In this document: in pieces, positions 39,865 through 56,319 of the stretch
Layout of the letters: each line of letters starts with the position of its first letter
Numbering within the stretch: position 1 is the stretch's first letter
Assembly (NCBI GenBank): GCA_964016885.1
Contig: OZ024751.1
Coordinates: 18,104,001 to 18,168,000 of the forward strand
Direction: 5' to 3'
From: Eledone cirrhosa
Lineage: Eukaryota
DNA length: 64,000 nt
Position numbers and translations under genes: made by a program
Notes under the pieces: generated by a model
What the model was told of the DNA's origin: nothing
Database searches by the model: none
Seen by the model: the letters and a program-made list of their open reading frames with translations, nothing else

Positions 39865-39931
39865 TTTTATTATGCGCATTTCAAAAACAAACATCATCAT
39901 GCAATAATATTTGTGTTTTCATCAGATAAAA
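39865..39931 (-). ncRNA. Type I hammerhead ribozyme motif
   Basis: Reverse complement TTTTAT-CTGATGA-AAA-C-ACAAATAT...ATGTTTGT-T-TTT-GAAA-TGCGCA-T-A-ATAAAA; palindromic stem III ATGCGCAT and 6-bp stem I. Confidence 0.8.
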
Positions 39932-40054
39932 CAGCAGGACATGATATGAAGGTTAAAAAACACTTATATATATAATATTGTTTATACACTATATATAATT
40001 ATAAATAGGAAAGGTCAGTAATTCTTTACCACCTTATTACCAGTAAGAAAAAAA

Positions 40055-40152
<98 letters not shown>

Positions 40153-40166
40153 CGTATACACATACA

Positions 40167-40247
40167 TACAAGGTGTCCCAAGAAAAATGTATTCACATAT
40201 TTATATTAGAATGCTGTTAAAGTGTGTATACATCTTTTGGGACGCCC
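40167..40247. mobile_element. Tc1/mariner-type MITE copy
   Basis: tacaaggtgtcccaagaaaaatgtat...tacatcttttgggacgccc. Confidence 0.65.
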
Positions 40248-40366
40248 CCCCCCCCTCCAGACACACACAGATCCGGTTTAAAAAGGCAAACCTAGAGATA
40301 CAATTCCACTCTTCATTCGTCGTTTGTTTTTTGAAGGTGGGGCGCTTTATATATATATATATATAT

Positions 40367-40588
40367 GTGAAGGCGTGTGGCTTAGTGGTTAGAGAATTGG
40401 ATTCGCAATCGTAAGGTTGTGAGTTCGATTCCTGGACCAGGTGATGCGTTATCTCCTTGAGCAAGACACTTTATTTCACGTTGCTCCTTCTACCTGGAGT
40501 TGCGACCGATAGATAGTATTAGCAATTGGAAAGACCAACGGAAACAGTGTTCCCTCGGTCCGATTTGACGAAAGTCGATCGTTCCTTA
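40367..40588 (+). mobile_element. V-domain-like tRNA SINE, full length
   Basis: tggcttagtgg A box, gagttcgattcc B box, ccttgagcaagacactt core. Confidence 0.85.
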
Positions 40589-40590
40589 AA

Positions 40591-40643
<53 letters not shown>

Positions 40644-40757
40644 CAAACAGGATGCGGTGAGTTACCATAACACACCAGAGTACTCAATACTTAGGGTAGT
40701 GGAGTGGGTTCGGATCTAGCTGTCGAAACGGCCGGAGTTCAGCCGTCGGGCTCTTGA

Positions 40758-40797
<40 letters not shown>

Positions 40798-41815
40798 GAA
40801 TGTATATATATATATATATATATGTATGCATATATATGTATGCATATATATGTATTTATATATATATATATATATACACACACTTAGTTAAAGAATCAAA
40901 TAAGTCTAGATGTGGTAACTACCGAGAATCGAACCTTAGATGCACATTCTCTAACTGGTAATACTCTGGTGAGGTGGAGACGTACGGAATGGTAATATGT
41001 ATGTGTGTGTGTGTCTCTATATGTGTGTATGTGTGCCTGCACGTGTATGTACGTGTGGCTGCATGTGTGTGTATATGTGCTAGTACGTATGTGTATGTGT
41101 ACATGTCTGTTTACCTTTACATCGCAAAATTACCTCGTATTTCATAACAACTATTTAACATAACAACTTAACCAACAATATGATCACGTGGTATTCCACT
41201 TACTCAGCTGAAATGGTTCAAAAGCCCTCAGGGTCTTTGTTAGAAATACATTTAAATAATTGCAAAATACATTTCAAGTCAAAGAAAATTCCCCGAATCA
41301 GTCCTTTTAATTTTTTCTTCTTTTTTTTCTTCTTTTTTTTTAAGTTTCTTCATTCATCCTTTCTTTCTTTTTCTTTTTCTTCTTCCTATTCTTCCGTAAA
41401 TGTCTTTCTTTCTTTTTCCTTACTTTATCACGTATGTTATTTGTTTTTGTTTTATAAAATATATTTTTTTCCACAGAATTCTTTAAGAGTTTGACTCACT
41501 TCTTACGTGCTTCCTTTTTTCTTTCTTTTTATCTACCTATTTTCTTTTTTTTTCTTTCTGCTGGTTATCCTTCTTTCTCTCTTTCGTTGTCTCTATATCT
41601 TCTTTCTCCTCTTTCGTTCTTTCTGTCTATATACTCTTCCTCTATTATTCTTGCTTTCATTCTGGTGCTTCTGATTTTGTTGTGCTTTTTCGCTCCCTTT
41701 ACTTCTTCCCTATTTCATTCATTTCATTCTTGCTTGTTTCTTCTATTTTCTTCATTTCTTTCCCTGCACCTTTTCATCCTCCGCCGGCACACACACACAC
41801 ACACACGCATACACA

Positions 41816-41857
<42 letters not shown>

Positions 41858-41980
41858 TACATACATACTCACCAAGAAACCTTGGTGGGGTTGCCAGTTT
41901 AGTCGCCAACGACTCGACTATGAGACGGGTTGTACTGGGATACATGTTACCAGTAGCACCAACTGGTGACCTGACATAAT

Positions 41981-42011
<31 letters not shown>

Positions 42012-42225
42012 GGAGAATATTTATGCAGAACTGATGAGAACCCTGCAGATACTCCACCCTGATTATACCTGTGATTATTGGGGCACTGGGATATGTTAGT
42101 AACTGCCTCAATACAAATCTTGAGAAGCTAGGCTTCACAGGAACAGAAAAAACACAACTAGTTAGGAAATTACAAGTACAATCCATTAATGGAACAGTAA
42201 AATTTATTTAAAACATTCCAAAAAT
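42012..42225 (+). pseudogene. 3' fragment of an R4/Dong-like (restriction-like endonuclease) non-LTR element
   Basis: ENIYAELMRTLQILHPDY, then frameshift to IPVIIGALGYV...LEKLGF...RKLQVQSINGTVK; typical RLE C-terminus. Confidence 0.65.
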
Positions 42226-42455
42226 GTTGCATCTAATAACTGCATATACATGCACACATACAACTCAAAATATCCACATCCACACATACAATAACATCCA
42301 TATCTACACATGCATACATATAATCTACCTAGTTGATGTTGTGTAAATTCCAATGATAGAGTCTATGTTAGAAACCGACTCTCTCTCTATTGGGAAAAAA
42401 TTTGTAAAATTATAAAACCAGAAGAACATACATACATACATACATACATATATAC

Positions 42456-42514
<59 letters not shown>

Positions 42515-42704
42515 CATACATATAGATGCCGTTTCGACAGCGGGAGCTTGGCTGCCGAGCATTAATCATTTACATTACATAGACTCCAAACAGAGTACTT
42601 AACTGAACCTGGTCGTTCTAGGCTAAACTTGAAAACTCTCTCTCTCTCTCTATAATTATAAAATAACAGGAGGCTGGACTGGTGTAATTCCTTTAAGGTT
42701 TATT

Positions 42705-42762
42705 ATACTATGAACATTTCAATGACCGGGTTCAGTATGAATCCGGTGACATCATCAGGTAT
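42705..42762 (-). ncRNA. Type I hammerhead-like motif
   Basis: Reverse complement ATAC-CTGATGA-TGT-C-ACCGG...CCGGT-C-ATT-GAAA-TGTTCA-T-A-GTAT. Confidence 0.65.
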
Positions 42763-43144
42763 TCGAAATATAACAAAGGAATATAATCCATGGGGCTGAA
42801 AAGGCAGAGAGACAAGAAGGCGGCCACACATTTAACAGTTTCTAGTTCAGTCGGCCGCCTTCAATATATATAATTAGAAAGTGAACAACACAAAATATAA
42901 CTACTCCATTACCAAAGGTTTCTGGATCGCAGACAATATTAATATACGTCTGGATCGGTCCTGTCTGATGACCGATGGTTTTGCTTGATTAACAAGTGTG
43001 ATGAACAGATTGGGGCTGGAGTCTGGTCTATAAATTAGCGGAAATATGGATCTGGAGCTGGCGCCATCGATCTGTGAAACGTTCGTGACTGAGGCTAATT
43101 AATAAAAACCTTATGAGATTAATAAAAACCTCATTTTGTTCTTC

Positions 43145-43235
<91 letters not shown>

Positions 43236-43450
43236 ATATACACATATACACACAGTGGAGGACGGCCGATTGAACAGCGATTTCGAGACTAGAAATAGGT
43301 AGTAACTTAACCTCTACCATGCTAGTCGATACATCGATTTCCATCAATTAATCAACCCTCTGAAACGATCGGAAAACAATGAACTAACGATCTACCTACA
43401 CCTGTCTTCTGTTTTATTTTTTTCATTATTCTATGCGCACACACACGCGC

Positions 43451-43532
<82 letters not shown>

Positions 43533-43664
43533 TTCTTCTCATCCATCTAATTTTCACTCCCACCCTAGTACCTTCAAAATACCCAATCTCAAATCTTTTC
43601 TTTATATAAAGACATCCCCCACCCCTGCCCGTCCCTTCAATCTATCTAATAATTTCACATTCTT

Positions 43665-43700
43665 ACTTCTGATGAAGGACTAGTGTCCGAAACGTCAATA
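43665..43700 (+). ncRNA. Minimal Penelope-type hammerhead motif
   Basis: CTGATGA(43669-75)-A-GGAC-tagt-GTCC-GAAA-CG-T-C; same downstream ~85 bp as the 22282 copy. Confidence 0.7.
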
Positions 43701-44149
43701 CCCTCTTCCTGCTATTTCAAGCGTTAACCTAATATATTCCTTCCATATACTGTACCGATTGTGTTGTTATTTCTGTTTACCTTTTGTGTGTGAATGTATG
43801 CGTGTGTGTATGTATGTGTATGTATGTGTGTGTATATTTGTGTGTATATGTGTGTGTGTATGTATGTGTGTGTGTGTATATATATATATGTATATGTATG
43901 TATATATGTGCGTATGCGTATATGTGTGTGTGTACATATGTGTTTGTGTGTGTATATATGTATATGTGTGTATGTATATATGTGTTTGTGTGTGTATATA
44001 TATATGTGTGTGTGTGTGTATATATATATGTATTTGTATGTGTATATATCTATATATATATATATGGGTCTATTTTTTTTTCTCTTTCCTTCTCGCTACA
44101 TTCGTTTCATTTATTTTCTCTAACGATATTTCATATCTATACTCTATAA

Positions 44150-44185
<36 letters not shown>

Positions 44186-44779
44186 TCAGTCTATCACCCC
44201 CCCTCCCCCCAACCTCTTCTTCGTCTGTCATTCTTTCCATTTATTCCAACCATTCATTAATTCAATCAGTCTATGTTTTCTTATATATTGATATCTTTTT
44301 CTTTCCTTCATTTTTATTCCATAATTCCAACTTTCTTCATATTCTCTATATTTCTATGATATCAGTCATACATTTATATTTCTTTTATTCATTTTATCAT
44401 TCATAATTTCATGTTTTCTTTGCGTCTTTCATCCATTTATCTGTCTTTTGGTTTCTTTTATTGTTTCTTATCTTTTATTTCCTTATTTTTTTCATTATTC
44501 AGCCATATTACCTATGCTATCTTTATATTTTTCTCTCTTCTCATCATAATTCTCTTTCCTTTTTTCTTCCCTTATTTTTCTCTCTTTTCTACCATTTACG
44601 TATTTCTTTCCCTTTGTTTTCAATTTTTTACGGATCCTCATTCTGTTTCACTTTTCTTGTGGTAACCTAAGTCTTATTTACTTATCTATCTATTTATCTA
44701 TCTTCCCCTCTCTCTCCCTTTGTGTGTATATATGAATATAAATATTTGTGGTACTACCACCAGTAATTCACTGAATGAC

Positions 44780-44811
<32 letters not shown>

Positions 44812-44815
<4 letters not shown>

Positions 44816-44962
44816 TTAATGTAGAAATGGCTTGCTGAGGATTTCTCCCGAATGAAAGAGTTCTAGTCCTGTAGAAGCTATTTTTATATTAAATATTTAT
44901 ACTCTGCGATGTATTGAGTACCTTACTTACAGTGGTTATTCGCGGTTAAACCCGGGATAAAC
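44812..44962 (+). mobile_element. Hairpin-plus-tail repeat family B
   Basis: tttaatgtagaaatggctt...aagctatttttatattaaa inverted ends, then actctgcgatgtattgagtacc...aacccggga; homolog at 57595. Confidence 0.65.
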
Positions 44963-45734
44963 ACACACAGACGCATATGTATATATGTTAATAAATATAC
45001 GTATATCCCTATATTTTTCGTTCTTTTGTTTCCTTCCATTCATTCGTTCTTTCATTTTTTTCTTCTTTCTTTTGTAGTAATTTATATTATTTATATTTTC
45101 ATATTTATCACTTTATGACTTTTATTTGACTTTCTTTCCAGCTATTTTTTCTTTATTTATTTACTTTTCATAATATTTTTCCTTTAATATAATTTTCTAT
45201 TCTTTCTTCTCTTTCAATATATCCTTCTTTCTGTTAAAGAAATCATTATATTTACAATTTACTTGCACACACAACAATAGCTAAACATTTATTTGCTGAT
45301 CTCTTGAACGGCTAACCTCCCGACACTATAATAACGATTTACCGACCCTGTTAATAGAAAACTCTTTATATTTAATCATATAACATCGCATCATTATTGT
45401 ATGATGCCATCTTTTCTACTCATTTCATACATATTTTTATATCTTTTATCCATTTATTTTTTTATTTCTTTACATATTTTTTTCGTTTTCTTTCATTTTT
45501 TCTTTATTATATTTTTAACGTGTCTTTTCTTCTCCTTCATTTGAAGAAATTATCGTCTGCTCGTTATAATGGCGACCTTTTGTGTTTCGTTGTGTTGTGT
45601 TGTGTTGTGCAGTATTTCGTTACTTTTTTGTGTGTGGTATGTGTGTGTACAAGCTTGTGTAGTGTCTTGTATTGTATACGAAGAGTGGGGAGGTATTTAT
45701 GCGAATAATTTTATGCATTCATATATTTCTGTTT

Positions 45735-48358
<2,624 letters not shown>

Positions 48359-48359
48359 A

Positions 48360-49130
48360 ACTTTGATATCTTTCGGCCAGTATTGGCCCAGGCCATGTCT
48401 AACTTAATAGCACCACCTGGCGAAGTCTTACAAATCAGTGTTTGGGCACCATGGCCCACTCGAGCAGAGAGTTATTGTTTACGGAGGCATATCCGGGTGT
48501 AGGAGGCTTATCCGGGATTTCTTGAAGGAATTTATCCAAAGACTTCTTGAACTTGATGGGGTCTGTCCCTGCTTTGATGTGTTTTGGTGTAATGTTAAAG
48601 AGTGCAGGGCCAATTGAGGTGAAATAATTGTGCCGTATTGTTGTTATGTGATACGAGTGGGATTTTTGTCGTCGGCGGATAGCACGGGGCCCAAGCCTTG
48701 GGTGTACACTAAAGGTGATGCCAACATCATTTGGGCTAAGCTGATGGAATATTTTCCACATCATACAGATAATGTAGCGCTCACGGCGACGTTGAAGAAA
48801 ATAAAGTTTGAGCTTTTCCAATCGTCTCCAATAGTCAAGGCCTGTCATTCCATCTATCTTTTTTGTAATTGACCTTTGGGGTGCTCAAACTTTCATAATA
48901 CTTTGTTTCGTGGGGGGGTGACCACAGTGGACAACAGTATTCAAGGTGTGGTCAGGAAAAAGTGGAGAAGAGAAGGACAGCAGTGTGGATATCTCTCGAC
49001 TGGAAAGTTCTGAGAATCCAGGAACACTTTCTGCGGGCCATATCAACTTTGCTGTTTATATGAAGGGCCCAGCTTATATTGTTGTCCACAATTACTCCCA
49101 GGTCTCTGATGTTAATGGAGGCCACTAGAG
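48360..49130 (-). pseudogene. Degenerate 3' part of a CR1-like LINE
   Basis: LDYWRRLEKLKLYFLQRRRERY...GPALFN...FKKSLDKFL...PDKP...NSL, with frameshifted upstream pieces. Confidence 0.8.
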
Positions 49131-49155
49131 TTTCACCCGAAGGAAGAGAGTATTA

Positions 49156-49212
<57 letters not shown>

Positions 49213-49594
49213 ATATATATATATTTATATATATATAAATATTTATATATATATATATGTGTATATATAAATATTTATATATATATATATGTGTGTATAT
49301 ATATATTTATATATATGTATATATATATATGTGTATATATATATATATATTTATTTATATATATTTATTTATATATATTTATATATATATATTTATTTAT
49401 ATTTATATATATTTATATTTATATATATATTTATATATATGTATATATTATATATATGTATATATATGCATATATATTTATATATATTTATATACATATT
49501 TATATATATGTATATATTATATATATGTATATATAAGCATATATATTTATATATATTTATATACATATTTATATATATGTATATATTATATATA

Positions 49595-50818
49595 TGTCAC
49601 AAACTACACGGACTCGGCATAACTGGAAAAGTAGGTGAGTGGCTGCATGGCTTCCTGAGGGACAGAAGCCAGGCAGTCGCAGCAAATGGGGCCCTCTCGA
49701 GGGAAACACCGATAACAAGTGGGGTGCCTCAGGGGACAGTCCTAGGACCACTACTGTTTTTGGTGGCTCTCTCGGACATGCCCTCTGTGGTGCATGCAAC
49801 AACATCCCTCACTAGCTATGCTGATGACACTAAGGTAGCACAGGCAATCAAAAACCCGGCTGACGCTGCCCTCTTACAGCAGGATCTGGATGCCATATAC
49901 AGATGGGCGGAAGAAAACAACATGCAGTTTAATGCTGGCAAATTCCAAGCCCTACAATACAAACCTGCAAACACAAACACAAATATAGCGGAACACAGCT
50001 ACACAGGACCAGGAGGGACCGATATCCCCGTGTCAAAATCGATACGAGACCTGGGCATAGACATGAGCGATGATGCATCTTTTTCTTCACACATCATGAA
50101 GGTGGCGACAGCATGTAGACGATTCGCTGGCTGGATCTTGAGGACTTTCCTTACAAGAGATCGAGACACCATGTTGACACTGTGGAGGACTTTTGTCCTA
50201 AGCCGCCTGGACTACTGCTCCCAGCTGTGGTCACCCTATAGTGTCAAACTAACCACAGAGCTTGAGGCAATCCAGCGAAGCTACACCAAGAGGATTGCCA
50301 AGATGAGGGAGACAAGCTACTGGGAGAGGCTGAAGGAACTGAACCTCTACTCCTTGGAGCGAAGACGGGAGAGATACGCAGTGATCTACATGTGGAAAAT
50401 CCTGGAGGGACTAGCACCAAACTTTGGCATTGGGAGCTGGACCAACCGTCGAACAGGACGTCACTGTGTGGTGCCAAAGGTCCCGTCTTCCACATCTAGA
50501 ATAAGGAGCAGGTATTGCAATAGCCTGGGATTCAAGGGCCCTCAACTCTTCAACAGGCTGCCGAGGCATCTGCGAGACTTGCATGACGTGGAGGTGGATG
50601 TCTTTAAGAAACATCTCGACACCTTGTTATCCAGGATCCCGGATGAGCCCACAGCAAGACACGAGGGAAACCTAAGGGCAGCAGCAACAAACTCCCTCCT
50701 ACACCAGTGGCCAACCTATACAGGCTGGAGATAAAATGTGTAGCAACAAGGGCGGTGCCCCAGCATGGCCTCAGCCGGATGGCTGAAACAGGTAAAAGAG
50801 TAAAAGAGTAAAAGAGTA
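49595..50818 (+). mobile_element. 5'-truncated CR1-like LINE with open RT C-terminal frame (to 50734) and (GTAAAAGA)n tail
   Basis: [46 protein letters not shown]; 3' UTR ggtgccccagcatggcc...gctgaaac also at 62140-62193 (-) and about 7830. Confidence 0.9.
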
Positions 50819-50844
50819 TGTATATATGTGCATATATATTTATA

Positions 50845-50901
<57 letters not shown>

Positions 50902-51112
50902 ATATATTTGTGTGTGTGTGTGTATATATTTACACACACACACATATATGTATATATATATATATATACAATATGTATATGTGTATATATATATATACAC
51001 ACACACACACATATATATATATATACACACACATATATATATACACACACAAACACATATGTGTGTGTGCGTGTGTTTGTATATATATATATATATATAC
51101 ACACACATATTG

Positions 51113-51143
<31 letters not shown>

Positions 51144-51170
51144 GTGTCTATATATGTGTGTGTGTGTCTG

Positions 51171-51202
<32 letters not shown>

Positions 51203-52125
51203 AATATATGCATGTGTATATGTACGTGTGTGCATCTGAAATACGTTAATACGTTGTGTACTTCTCTGGATATTTTCTGCATGTGGGGATGTCTTTTGTC
51301 TTTGTGTTTGGGTATCAATGTGTATAATTCTATGTGTATATCTAAGTCTGTGTGTATGTGTGTGTGAATGTGTTGGTGTGTTTCTTTAAGAACGTATATG
51401 TGTGAGCACACATTCAAACAAAAATAATTTGAGTGATATTTTCTCTATGGATGCTTTTTTTTGTTGTCATTTTATTTTCATTTTTCATATAATTTTTTTT
51501 GTTATAAATTTTCTGTAGTTCATTTATTTCTTTCCTAATAATTTTTAACCTTCCTTCCTCTCTTAATTGATGTATTTCTATCTTTCACTTTTATTTTATA
51601 TATTTCCGTGTGTATGTGGTGTGTGTGTGTGTGTGTGTGTGTGTGTGATGCGTGGGATTAATTAGCAATATATATATATATATATATAGATAGACACACA
51701 CACACACTCATCTAGGTATACATTCGTATATTTTTATACACATAAATACATACACACACACGTATATATATATAAGTTTATATATATATGTATAAACTTA
51801 TATATGCATGCATACATATATACATATATATATATATGCATACACACAGACACACACACTTATATATTGTACAACAGACCCTGATAGATATAAAAGCACA
51901 CATCTGCCTGTCGAGCACCGTCCTTATCAACTGGTTATACTAAAATGCAGCAATAAATTTCTTTATTCAACACTTATACCACCAGAACTTGCTCACATTT
52001 TTCGCACATTGTATATCAACCATTTACCTTCCAGCAAATAACCATAGTATAGAAAGAAATCACACTTCGATACATAAGATATAGCATGAAATAATCTCTA
52101 TACGCCAGATCAATCCGCAAAACTC

Positions 52126-52465
52126 GGTGGATAAGCAGTAATGGTAGAGGGTCGGACGCTATGCTTTGACGCATAGAGTTACGGCCCTTGCCATTCTGAG
52201 TTCAAATCCCGCTGAGGTTAACTTTGCCTTTCATCCTTACGGGGTCGATAAAATAAAGTACCAGTCACGCACTGGGGTCGATTTAATCGACTTTCCCCTC
52301 CCCCAAAATTACTGGCCTTGTGCCTATGTAAGGAACCAGTATATATAATTGTTTCTACTTTTGGCACAAGGCCAGCAATTATCCAGTACATTACTGGTAC
52401 TTTATTATATCGACCTCTGTATGGAGGAAAGGCAAATTTAACCTCGGCGAGATTTGAACTCAGAT
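52126..52465. mobile_element. Tail-to-tail pair of SINEs (+ then -)
   Basis: Plus copy 52126-52340 and minus partial copy 52345-52465. Confidence 0.8.
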
Positions 52466-52615
52466 CCGAAACGTTAAGACCCTCTTCCTGCTCTTTCAAG
52501 CGTTAAACTAATATATTCCTTTTATATACTCTACCGATTGTGTTGTTATTTCTGTTTACCTTTTACATACATATAATAAAGTATTGAGTACTCTGGTGCG
52601 TTACAATTCCTTTGT

Positions 52616-52704
<89 letters not shown>

Positions 52705-52712
<8 letters not shown>

Positions 52713-52871
52713 ATATTTGGGGAGGGTCATATTGTTATAATATTGCCACACATAATAAAACACACTCAATTTTTGGTTTTGATTGGTTTTCGCTTCAAAC
52801 GAAACAGTGGTTGTGTTTTATTATTTCTGGCAATATTATAACAATATGAACCCCCTCAAATATGACAATAT
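52705..52871. mobile_element. MITE with ~55-bp terminal inverted repeats
   Basis: atattgttatatttggggagggtcatattgttataatattgcca / tggcaatattataacaatatgaaccccctcaaatatgacaatat. Confidence 0.75.
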
Positions 52872-52907
52872 TTGTTTCAACACACGATTTCATATCAAAA
52901 ACCTTGC

Positions 52908-52966
<59 letters not shown>

Positions 52967-53081
52967 AGACACACACACACACACACATGTATATGTAGAA
53001 GTTCTATTTAAATTGTTGGGATACAACAAGCAAATATGTTTATAACTGATATAACGCACTCAACAAATTATTGGAGTAAAA

Positions 53082-53344
53082 ATACGATATATTAACAAAT
53101 GGAAACTATATTTATAAAACCATATTTATTTCATTATACATATTTCAAGGATACCAAGTTATCCGGGAGCTTCCAACAGAAATGGTCGCATTCTTTAAGG
53201 GTATGTCAATATTTATTTATAAAACTGATCTATATTATATTTTATCTGATGAAAGCACACCATAATTTAACTTGGTGTCCTTGAAATATGTATAATGAAA
53301 TAAATATGGTTTTATAAATATAGTTTCCATTTGTTAATATATCG

Positions 53345-53347
<3 letters not shown>
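53082..53347 (+). mobile_element. Penelope-like remnant: hammerhead-bearing repeat with a partial inverted copy at its 5' side
   Basis: 53082-53161 is the reverse complement of 53268-53347; the internal part is homologous to 2667-2850. Confidence 0.8.
53238..53302 (+). ncRNA. Type I hammerhead ribozyme motif
   Basis: TATTTTAT-CTGATGA(53246-52)-AAG-C-ACACCA-loop-TGGTGT-C-CTT-GAAA(53283-86)-TATGTA-T-A-ATGAAATA. Confidence 0.8.
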
Positions 53348-53375
<28 letters not shown>

Positions 53376-53665
53376 AATCACATTGGCATATGGTTGGACA
53401 ATACATGTGTCCCTAAGCGCTTTGTGCGTGTAGGGACATATACTTTATTATTATTATCTCCTCTTGGTTGAGAAAAAATTTGGTCGTTCTGACTGCTGCT
53501 AGTTATAGCGGGAGCAGACTGACCTCCCTGCCTTTGCTTCTATCTTTACACACGGCACTTGAAGGAATTGCTTCCACTTCATTTATTCTCATCTCGGGAA
53601 TAATTTTGAATAGCGCCAGTTCGTAATTTGAACTCGGGAATTTTATATTCTCCGAGTGAAAAGAT

Positions 53666-53749
53666 CCTTCTGACGAGAGTTTATATTTGCAATGGATGCT
53701 GTATGGACCGTCCGTTTAATTTTGAGACTCGAAACCGATTCGGTAAAGG
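53666..53749 (+). ncRNA. Canonical type I hammerhead ribozyme with extended stem II
   Basis: CCTT-CTGACGA(53670-76)-GAGTTT...AGACTC-GAAA(53731-34)-CCG-att-CGG-T-A-AAGG; predicted GUA cleavage after 53745. Confidence 0.85.
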
Positions 53750-53819
53750 TAACCAGAGTAGGTAAAGTTAATTTTTTTTAATTTATTTTGAAACTTTTTT
53801 TTATTTGCTAAACCTTGAT

Positions 53820-53854
<35 letters not shown>

Positions 53855-54284
53855 TCATCATCAGCAGCAGCGTTTTTATGTGACAGGTGAAATATGTAGC
53901 TAGCTTTAAGACCATCCGCTGACCTTTGAGTTAGGGTCAACAGAATTATACAGTTGAAAGGGCTCACTCAAATAACCACTCTGAAGGGAACTTAAACTAT
54001 TTCTTCCAGTATTCTAGGTGTTTCACAATATAGTTCTGTCTTCTGGTCTTCATATTCTGAGTAATCGATAAAAGAAATTATATCAGTTTTACATCGAACT
54101 TGTGTACGTTAACTGATGTTAACTGCCATTAAACGTGATTGCTGTAGATTGCATCTTATCTGAGACGAAGGTCATGATGGAGGTGAAAGGGATAGATGGG
54201 GTGGATGGAAGGAGTTGAAACACACTAAATAGATGCAGGGAAAGATAGCGAGTTGTTGTATTTCAATTAGTGTCACCACTGGCA

Positions 54285-56150
54285 CAATTATCATCATCAT
54301 CATCATCATCATTATCATTATCTCCACAACCATAACCCTCATCATTATCATGAGCATCTTCAGGCATAGCATCATCATCAGCAGCAACAATAACGGTGGC
54401 GGCAACATCATCCCCACCAACAACACTCCTCCACCAACTCCTTATCATCTTCATCATTCTCAGCATCATCATCATCATCATCATCATTTTCATGATCATC
54501 ATCATCCTCATCACCATCCCCACCCCCACCACAGCAAATATCACAGCCTTCCTCCCAATGATCATTAGCCTCATCATCATCATCATCATCATCATCTTCA
54601 ACGACACAATCCGCCAACATCGTCTCACATTATCAACAGTATACTAACAATACACCCATCATCATCATCATAAGCCTAACCTTCATCATCATCATCATCA
54701 TCACCACCAACATCATGCCGATTACCACTGTCACCAACACCATCATCATTATGACCACCATCATCACCACCATCATCACCAGCAACATCGTTATGACAAC
54801 CATCACCACCACTACTACCACCATCACCACTACCGTCACAACCACCAACATCACCACCACTACCATCACCACCACCATCACCAGCCCCCACTACCACAAC
54901 CACCACCAACACCTCTACCACCACCACAACAACAACCACCATCAACTCTACCACCACCACCACCACCACCATCACCGCCACCACCACCACCATCACGGCC
55001 ACCACACCAATATCTAGTGATAACATCACAAACTCTACAACTGATACCATCAACATTGCTAGACAACAAGATTTAATCACTGATGCATTCATCCGGTCCA
55101 ACTACCACCGACACTACCACCGACATTACCACTAACACTACTACTAACACTACCTTTACCACTACCGTCACTACTACTACTACCACTAATATTATCAGCA
55201 CTTCTGTCGCCAACACCACCTCTAAAACAACCACCGCTAATATCACCATTATTAACACCATTACCATCATTACCACCGCCAATATTACCACTAATACTAC
55301 CACCACCACTAACACTACCACTAACACTACCACCACCAATAACACTACCACTAACACTACCACCACCACTACCACTAACACTACCACCACCACCACTAAC
55401 ACTACCACTAACACAACCACTAACACTAACACTACCACCAACACTACGACCAACACTACCAAACAACACTACCACACTACCACTAACACTACCACCGACA
55501 ACAATACAACCACCACCACTACCACAATCACCACTACCACAATCACCACCAACACCACCACCAACACCACCACCAACACCACCACTACCATAATCACCAC
55601 CAACACCACCACTACCACAATAACCACCAACACCACCACTACCACAATCACCACCAACACTACCACAATCACCACCAACACTACCACAATCACCACCACC
55701 ACTACCACAATCACCACCACCACTACCACAATCACCACCACCACCTCCACCCACCACCAACAACAACAACAACAACACCACCACCACCAACACCGCCACT
55801 AACACCACCACTACCACAATCACCACCACCAGCACCACAATCACCACCACCACAATCACCACCACCACAATCACCACCACCAGCACCACAATCACCACCA
55901 TCAACACCACAATCACCACCACCAACACCACAATCACCACCAACACCACCACCACCACCAACACCACCACCACCACCACCAACACCACCACCACCACCAC
56001 CAACACCAACACCACCACCACCAACACCAACACCACCACAATCATTACCACTCTGCAACCCACCATTAACTCTATAACCGCCACACCATGACGACCTAAC
56101 ACCACTACAACCACCACCATACCCACCATCATTAAATGCCATCACCGCTT
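54285..56150. repeat. Degenerate (CAT)n/(CAC)n/(CAA)n trinucleotide expanse
   Basis: Direct inspection; yields spurious poly-T/V/H/G ORFs. Confidence 0.9.
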
Positions 56151-56319
56151 CCGGTTCCCCTTTATAAACATCACTGACACGACTTAAACTACTACTACTA
56201 CTACTACTACTACTATTACTACTGCTTCTGTTATTGCATCTACTATTACTTCTACTGCTGCTACTAGTACTACTTCTACAACTGCTACTATAGAGTATAG
56301 CTTAGGTTATTGTATGCAA

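Noticed and set aside
40367-40440. tRNA gene calls for SINE heads
   Set aside because: A/B boxes are present but continue into SINE bodies without a proper acceptor stem or terminator.
54172-56145. Thr-, Val-, Gly- and His-rich ORFs resembling mucins
   Set aside because: Trinucleotide repeat expansions open in several frames on both strands, with no signal peptide or splice context.
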